Source: Longimicrobiales bacterium (GTDB taxonomy: Bacteria > Gemmatimonadota > Gemmatimonadetes > Longimicrobiales > Gaopeijiaceae). Taken from it: a stretch of DNA of 64,000 bases. Shown piece by piece: positions 58,602 to 64,000 of the stretch. Within the stretch, counting starts at the first letter, position 1, and the number at the start of each line of letters is the position of its first letter. The stretch lies in the NCBI GenBank assembly GCA_963664435.2, contig CAXXKM010000003.1, positions 192,001 through 256,000 on the forward strand. The letters are read 5' to 3'. Position numbers and translations under genes: made by a program. The notes under the pieces are model-generated. The model had not been told where the DNA came from. It worked only from the letters and a program-made list of their open reading frames with translations, and did no database searches.

Positions 58602-61600
58602 TCATCGCGCGTGGGCGCTTCCGGCCAGGGTGCGTGCGACCTCTTCGACCACGAAGCACTCAATGACATCACCCACTTTGACATCGTTGAAGTTGGCGAT
58701 TCCGATCCCGCACTCAAGCCCGTTGCGGACCAGCTTCACGTCGTCCTTGAACCGCTTGAGCGAACCGATTTCCCCCGTGTACGCGACGATGCCGTCCCGG
58801 ATCAGACGCACCGTCGACTGGCGTTCCACGACCCCTTCGCTCACATAGCAGCCGGCGATGGTGCCCACCTTCGTAACCCTGAAGATTTCCCGCACCTCCG
58901 CGCTTCCCACGACCGTTTCACGGCGCTCGGGGGCGAGCATGCCCTCCAGAGCGGCGCGCACGTCGTTCTCGGCGTCGTAGATGACGTCGTAGATCTGGAT
59001 GTCTACGCCTTCACGCTCGGCCAGCTGCCGGGCATTGACGTTGGGACGCACTCTGAAGCCGATGATCACGCCGCCGGCGGTACGCGCCAGCAGAACGTCC
59101 TCCTCGTTGATGGCCCCGACGGCCCGGTGGACGATCTCCACCTGCACTTCCGCGGTGCTGAGTCGCTGGAGCGTGTCCGACACCGCCTGTACGGAGCCGT
59201 CCACGTCGCCCTTGATGATCAGCGGAAGCGTGCTCACTTCGCCCGCGGACAGGATCTGGGAGAAGTCGCCGAGCCTGATCCCGCGATCCTTGATGCGCAG
59301 AAGTTTCTCGCGCTCCAGACGCTGCCGCGTGCCGGCGATCTCAGACGCGCGCACGGCTTCCATGACCTGCAGCGTATCTCCCGCCTGGGGCACGCCCTTG
59401 ACGCCCAGAATCTGTACGGGAATCCCGGGGCCAGCCTCTTCCACCACTCCCCCGCGCTCGTCCAGCAACGCCCGTACGCGGCCGTCGAACTTGCCGCAGA
59501 TGAAGTCGTCGCCCACCCGCAGGGTGCCGCGCTGAACCAGCACGGAAACGACGGGGCCCTTCCCGATATCCAGCCTGGCCTCGATCACGGCTCCCGTCGC
59601 GTCGCGGTTCGGATTGGCCTTCAACTCGAGCAACTCGGCCTGGAGCAGCACCTTTTCCAGCAACTCGTCGATTCCGGTTCCGTCGCGCGCGGAGATCGGC
59701 GCCACCAGTACGTCGCCTCCGAAGTCCTCCACGGTGACGTCGTGGTTGAGGAGCTGCTGCTTGACGCGGTCGGCGTTCGCCGCCGGAAGGTCCATCTTGT
59801 TGATGGCCACCACGATGGGGACGCCGGCGTTTCGAGCGTGCGAGATCGCCTCGATGGTCTGCGGCATGACGGAGTCGTCCGCCGCCACCACCAGGATCAC
59901 GATATCGGTGACGTCGGCGCCTCGCGCGCGCATTGCGGTGAAGGCGGCGTGGCCCGGCGTATCCAGGAAGGTGAGAGAGCGCTCGCCGTCCACTTCCACG
60001 TGATGGGCGCCGATATGCTGTGTGATGCCACCGGACTCGCCCGCGACGACGTTGGTGTTGCGGATCGAGTCGAGCAGCTTCGTCTTGCCGTGGTCCACGT
60101 GACCCATGACCGTGACCACCGGCGGGCGCGGCATCACATCCGCGAGATCGTCCTCGTCCTCGAGGTCGTCTTCTTCGGCGGCGCCGTACTCCTGCTCCCG
60201 CACCGCGGTGAAATTGAACTCCTCGAGCAGCATTTCGATCTGGTCGAAATCCAGCCTCTGGTTGATCGTGACCATGAGGCCCAGGCTCTTGAACGCCGAG
60301 CCGATGAGTTCGGTCGAAGAGATATTGATGAGTTCTCCGAGCTCGGCTACGGTCAGAAACTCGTTGACGCGCACGGTGGTGGCCTTGCGCTCCTCCTCCC
60401 TTCGGGCCTCCTCCTTGCGCGCTTCCTTTTCCTCCACCGTGGGACGGGGGTCACGGCTCTTGCGCCGGCGCCGGCCCCCGCCCTTCAGTTCGGCCATCAC
60501 TCGCTGGATGTTTTGCTGAACCGCGCCCTGGTCGACCCGCTGGCGCTTCCTGCCCTTCTTCCTTTTCTTGCGTCTTCCGTCCGGCCCGTAGCCCTCGGCC
60601 TGGATGCGTACCTGTCCTCCGGGACCGGCGCTGGCCGCGGGAGCCAGGCGGGGCGACTTGCGCACCACACGAACGGGACCCTCGGGGCCCTGGCTGCGTG
60701 CCGACTTCAGCTTCGGCCGGGCCGGAGCCGGGAACGTTTCCGTCGGAGCTACGTCCGCTTCGCCGGCCGCGGCCCCACGGCCGGCGTCGGAGGAAGCCGC
60801 CGCCTCGGGCTGCGCGTCGGTTGGGTCGGGAAGCGCGTCCGGGGAAGCTCCGGCGTCGCCGGCCGAGGCGTCGGCCTGGCTCCCGGACGGTGAGGCGGAG
60901 ACCGTGTCCCGATGGTCGGCCGGGGATGAAGGGGAGGCGGATCCGCCCTCGTCCTGCCGTGCCGCCGGCTCGCCGCCAACGTCGGCAGCCTGCGACGGTT
61001 CGGGGACAACTACGGCCGCGGGATCTTCTCCATCGGTGGCTCCACTCTCGCCGCCGAGGTCGTCAGGGCCATCCGGGAGCGACTCCGCTCCGGCCTCGGA
61101 AACGTCCGGACGCGATGCCGCGGAGTCGTCGGGCAACGCTTCACCGTTGGATGCGTGCCTCACTCCGGGACCGACGCCCTGGGCGAGCTCCTCCGCCCCG
61201 GTGCCCGAGGACGCCACTGCGGCGACCGCTCCGGGCAGGAACTCCGGCGGACCGCTCGACCCGTCCACCTCCCCACCGGGCGCCGGCGCCGCATCTGCTG
61301 CTTCCGTCGTCGCGCCCGCGCTCTCCTGTACCGCAACCGCAGACGCTACGGACGCAACCTCGGCCCCGCCGGACGCCGTGCGCCTGATCCGCCTGCGGCT
61401 GCGCCTCCGCCGGACATGGGTCGCGCGGACATCCTCCAACGCGGCCTGCACCGCTTCACGGGTCCCGAAGCCGCTCTGTCGCCGCTCGCGCTCGATGCGC
61501 GCAAGCAGACGCGAGACGTCGTCGGCGGGCACGAGATCCCTGTCCCCGTGCAGCGCTACGCCCATCTTCCGCAGCAGCATCAACAGCATCCGCGACGAGA

Positions 61601-61634
61601 CCCGCAAGTCTCTCGCTAGCTCGAACACCCGCAT
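58602..61634 (-). CDS. infB: Translation initiation factor IF-2
   Basis: MRVFELA N-domain, MGHVDHGKT, GGITQHIGA, DTPGH, NKMD, SLKRFKDD. Confidence 0.98.
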   Translation of the reverse strand: MRVFELARDLRVSSRMLLMLLRKMGVALHGDRDLVPADDVSRLLARIERERRQSGFGTREAVQAALEDVRATHVRRRRSRRRIRRTASGGAEVASVASAVAVQESAGATTEAADAAPAPGGEVDGSSGPPEFLPGAVAAVASSGTGAEELAQGVGPGVRHASNGEALPDDSAASRPDVSEAGAESLPDGPDDLGGESGATDGEDPAAVVVPEPSQAADVGGEPAARQDEGGSASPSSPADHRDTVSASPSGSQADASAGDAGASPDALPDPTDAQPEAAASSDAGRGAAAGEADVAPTETFPAPARPKLKSARSQGPEGPVRVVRKSPRLAPAASAGPGGQVRIQAEGYGPDGRRKKRKKGRKRQRVDQGAVQQNIQRVMAELKGGGRRRRKSRDPRPTVEEKEARKEEARREEERKATTVRVNEFLTVAELGELINISSTELIGSAFKSLGLMVTINQRLDFDQIEMLLEEFNFTAVREQEYGAAEEDDLEDEDDLADVMPRPPVVTVMGHVDHGKTKLLDSIRNTNVVAGESGGITQHIGAHHVEVDGERSLTFLDTPGHAAFTAMRARGADVTDIVILVVAADDSVMPQTIEAISHARNAGVPIVVAINKMDLPAANADRVKQQLLNHDVTVEDFGGDVLVAPISARDGTGIDELLEKVLLQAELLELKANPNRDATGAVIEARLDIGKGPVVSVLVQRGTLRVGDDFICGKFDGRVRALLDERGGVVEEAGPGIPVQILGVKGVPQAGDTLQVMEAVRASEIAGTRQRLEREKLLRIKDRGIRLGDFSQILSAGEVSTLPLIIKGDVDGSVQAVSDTLQRLSTAEVQVEIVHRAVGAINEEDVLLARTAGGVIIGFRVRPNVNARQLAEREGVDIQIYDVIYDAENDVRAALEGMLAPERRETVVGSAEVREIFRVTKVGTIAGCYVSEGVVERQSTVRLIRDGIVAYTGEIGSLKRFKDDVKLVRNGLECGIGIANFNDVKVGDVIECFVVEEVARTLAGSAHAR

Positions 61635-61697
61635 GCTCCTGGACTTCCTCCCTGGTTGGCCTTCCTGGCCCGGCGACCGAAACCCGTCTCTGCCGGG

Positions 61698-63056
61698 CTA
61701 CCTGACTCCCTGATCTTCTGTGTGCTCTTCGTCCGGAAAAGCTTCGGGTTGCGCGTCTTCCTCGCCCTCGATCACGGTCAACTCGTCGATCAGAGCGACG
61801 ATCTGGTCTACGGCATCGATCGAGAGTCCCGGTATCGCCAGGAACTCTCCCCTCTCAAGGTTAATGATCTGGAGGAACGTGGTGTATCCCGCCGCTCCCA
61901 GCGCTTCCAGCGCATCGCCGGGCAGCTCCAGCTCCGAGAGCGGAAAATCGGACGTCTCGTAGTTCTCCTCGGCATCCGGGAAGATGGCGTTGTCCGCTCC
62001 CCGCTCAAGCCACTCGCGAGAGCCGTAGAGATCGATCTGCCACCCGATCAGCTGCGATGCCAGGCGAACGTTCTGTCCGTTGCGGCCGATCGCCAGCGAC
62101 AACTGATCCTCGTCCACGATGGCGGTGATCACCTGGTTGTCGTAGTTGCTGATGACCTTGGCCACTCGCGCCGGCGCGAGTGCTCTGCGCGCGAACACCT
62201 CGGGATCGGGATGCCATGGCACGATGTCGATCCGCTCGCCCCCCAGCTCGGAAACCACGGCCTGGACGCGGGACCCCTTCAGCCCGACGCACGCGCCCAC
62301 CGGATCGATGGATTCGTCGCGCGACGAGACCGCGATCTTGGTTCTGCCGCCGACCTCCCTGGCCTTTTCCCGGATGTCGACGATGCCCTGGTAGATCTCC
62401 GGCACCTCGAGCCTGAAGAGGGATTCCACGAAGACGGGATCCGCGCGCGACAGAATGAGTCGAGGCCCCTTGGGGGACTCCTCGATCTTCTTCAACACCG
62501 CGCGAATCGGGTCGCCCTGGCGGAAACGCTCCCGGGGGTTCTGCTCCTTCCAGGGGATGATGGCGTCCGCATCCTTGGCGAGGTTCAGCATCACCACCAC
62601 CTTGCCCCGCTCGATCTGCTGCACGTCACCCGACAGCAGCTCGCCCACGCGGTCCGCGAACTCCTCCCGAATCCGGTCGCGCTCGTTCTCGCGGATACGC
62701 TGGACGATGCGCTGCTTGGTCGCCATCACCGCATTGCGCCCGAACTCGGTGAAGTCCATGGGGATCTCCATGAGGTCCCCGACTTCGAAGGCGTCGTCAT
62801 CCCAGCGGGCTTCCTCCAGGGAAATCTCCGCGGAACCGTCCTCGACCTGCTCCACAACCCGCTTGAGAACGACGATGTCGATCTCCCCGCTCATATCATC
62901 CACGTCGATCTCCGCGCGCACGTTGGGCCCGTGGATGCGTGCGAGGCCGGCCATGATGCCGTCCTGGATCAACTCATTGAGTTCATCCACGGACAGGTTC
63001 TTGGTGGCGGCCATGTCCCGGAATGCCGCGATTATCTGGCCCGAGTTCGCTATCAT
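61698..63056 (-). CDS. nusA: Transcription termination/antitermination factor NusA
   Basis: FGR...KQ, LSR, RTKIAV, DPVGACVG..GSRV, LSLAIGRNGQNVRLA. Confidence 0.97.
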   Translation of the reverse strand: MIANSGQIIAAFRDMAATKNLSVDELNELIQDGIMAGLARIHGPNVRAEIDVDDMSGEIDIVVLKRVVEQVEDGSAEISLEEARWDDDAFEVGDLMEIPMDFTEFGRNAVMATKQRIVQRIRENERDRIREEFADRVGELLSGDVQQIERGKVVVMLNLAKDADAIIPWKEQNPRERFRQGDPIRAVLKKIEESPKGPRLILSRADPVFVESLFRLEVPEIYQGIVDIREKAREVGGRTKIAVSSRDESIDPVGACVGLKGSRVQAVVSELGGERIDIVPWHPDPEVFARRALAPARVAKVISNYDNQVITAIVDEDQLSLAIGRNGQNVRLASQLIGWQIDLYGSREWLERGADNAIFPDAEENYETSDFPLSELELPGDALEALGAAGYTTFLQIINLERGEFLAIPGLSIDAVDQIVALIDELTVIEGEEDAQPEAFPDEEHTEDQGVR

Positions 63057-63161
63057 CGACTCCGTTTCCCCTGCCGAAACACGCGGCTCGTCCGCCCGTC
63101 CCGTGCAATCGGGATCATGTCACGGGTGGCCCGCTCATGCGGCGCCCCCGGTTTGCCGGGT

Positions 63162-63192
63162 AAAAAAAAGCGGGGGCCACTGGCTCCCCACT
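63162..63192 (-). terminator. Intrinsic terminator/attenuator in the nusA operon leader
   Basis: Minus strand AGTGGGG(A)GCC-AGT-GGCCCCCGCT hairpin running into an 8-T tract, between a putative promoter and nusA. Confidence 0.75.
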
Positions 63193-63229
63193 CCCAAGGT
63201 CGTCGGCCGACGACCCGCCCGGACCCTGA

Positions 63230-63258
63230 ACAATAAGGGTTTGTCCACCCCCTTTCAA
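63230..63258 (-). promoter_or_regulatory. Putative sigma70 promoter of the nusA-infB operon
   Basis: TTGAAA-N17-TATTGT on the minus strand. Confidence 0.6.
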
Positions 63259-63304
63259 GGCTTCGGAGTCGCCCGCGCGGCTTCTCAGCCCGGCCCGTGT
63301 CCGG

Positions 63305-63625
63305 TCACTCGGTCGGGTCTCTCCGCTCCAGGCGTTCGATCCTGGCAGCGAGGCGCTCTACCGCCTCCCGCATCTGGTCCATTTCGCGACGGGTCACGAA
63401 ATCCAGGCGGTCGCGGGCGGTCTCGGCTGCGGCCTGCGCCCGGGACAACGCACCCTTCACCGCATCGCGCGCCGCTTCGGCGTTCGGCCCGCTCTGCTCG
63501 CGGGTGTCGGCCAGGGTTTCCTCGATGGCGTCCTTGAGCGCCGAGAGGAATCCGAGCCCCTGGCTCAGCCCCTCGCGAATCCCCTTTCTCCTGCGACGGT
63601 CTCCGTCGCTTCCCTCTTTGCTCAC
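63305..63625 (-). CDS. Small coiled-coil protein (phasin/BMFP-UbiK-like C-terminus)
   Basis: Helical; RLDFVTRREMD...V..L.ARI..LE; SD GGAGG upstream of the GTG. Confidence 0.7.
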   Translation of the reverse strand: MSKEGSDGDRRRRKGIREGLSQGLGFLSALKDAIEETLADTREQSGPNAEAARDAVKGALSRAQAAAETARDRLDFVTRREMDQMREAVERLAARIERLERRDPTE

Positions 63626-63754
63626 TGTGTCCCTCCCTGCGCGTGGTGTCGTCTGCCAGCCTGGTCCCGCGTCCCTGCGCCCAACACCGCTGACGGCTGG
63701 TCGCCAGCGGCCCGCGACGAATCCTCCGGCCTTCGCGGAGTCGTCCGCGGACCG

Positions 63755-64000
63755 TCAGCCCACCCGCTCGATGTGCGCTCCAAGTCGGCGCAGGCGTTCG
63801 TCGATCTGCTCATAGCCGCGTTCGATCTGGGCGATGTTGCGGATCTCGCTGGTTCCTCGGGCAGCCAGGGCGGCCAGCAGGATCGCCATGCCCGCGCGAA
63901 TGTCGGGGCTCTCAAGGCGTCCACCCCGCAGCTGCGCGGGGCCGACCACGACCGCTCGATGCGGGTCGCAGAGGATGATCTGCGCCCCCATGGAAACCAG
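63755..64000 (-). CDS. murA: UDP-N-acetylglucosamine 1-carboxyvinyltransferase, C-terminal part (begins beyond window end)
   Basis: MGAQI.LCDPHR, SPDIRAG, IERGYE.ID..L..LGA.I.R. Confidence 0.93.
   Translation of the reverse strand: MVSMGAQIILCDPHRAVVVGPAQLRGGRLESPDIRAGMAILLAALAARGTSEIRNIAQIERGYEQIDERLRRLGAHIERVG

Overview
High-GC core-chromosome segment, almost entirely encoded on the minus strand. Gene content and synteny suggest Gemmatimonadota (inference, not tested). Read right to left on the minus strand: murA (3' part), a small coiled-coil protein, nusA-infB-DUF503-rbfA-truB-ribF-phhB, rpsO-pnp-M16 peptidase-ald, mreBCD-mrdA-rodA, accD-folC, hisS-two hypotheticals-proS-lysA-guaA, clpB (split by a homopolymer frameshift), trxA-rsmI, a DUF4159/DUF4175-like/TPR/periplasmic-protein/JAB-DinG cluster, FAH hydrolase-hypothetical-valS-Ig-like lipoprotein-selA, iscA-MBL hydrolase-purN-purH, and nuoA-F. 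Plus-strand genes are few: a stand-alone transposase N-terminal domain behind a sigma54-type promoter, a frameshifted TonB-dependent receptor, a methylmalonyl-CoA epimerase-like VOC protein, and an OPT transporter with a lipoprotein. I saw no rRNA, tRNA, CRISPR array, prophage or intact mobile element. Best leads: (1) a tandem palindromic operator before clpB that is not CIRCE/HAIR/CtsR; (2) a dense array of Bacteroidota-type D-(S/T)-(A/I/L/V/T) O-glycosylation sequons in a lipoprotein; (3) a possibly domesticated transposase DNA-binding domain; (4) a JAB-DinG helicase lacking one Fe-S cysteine; (5) candidate leader RNAs for rpsO and nusA, with rimP missing from its usual place. All calls come from reading motifs by eye; no database searches were run.
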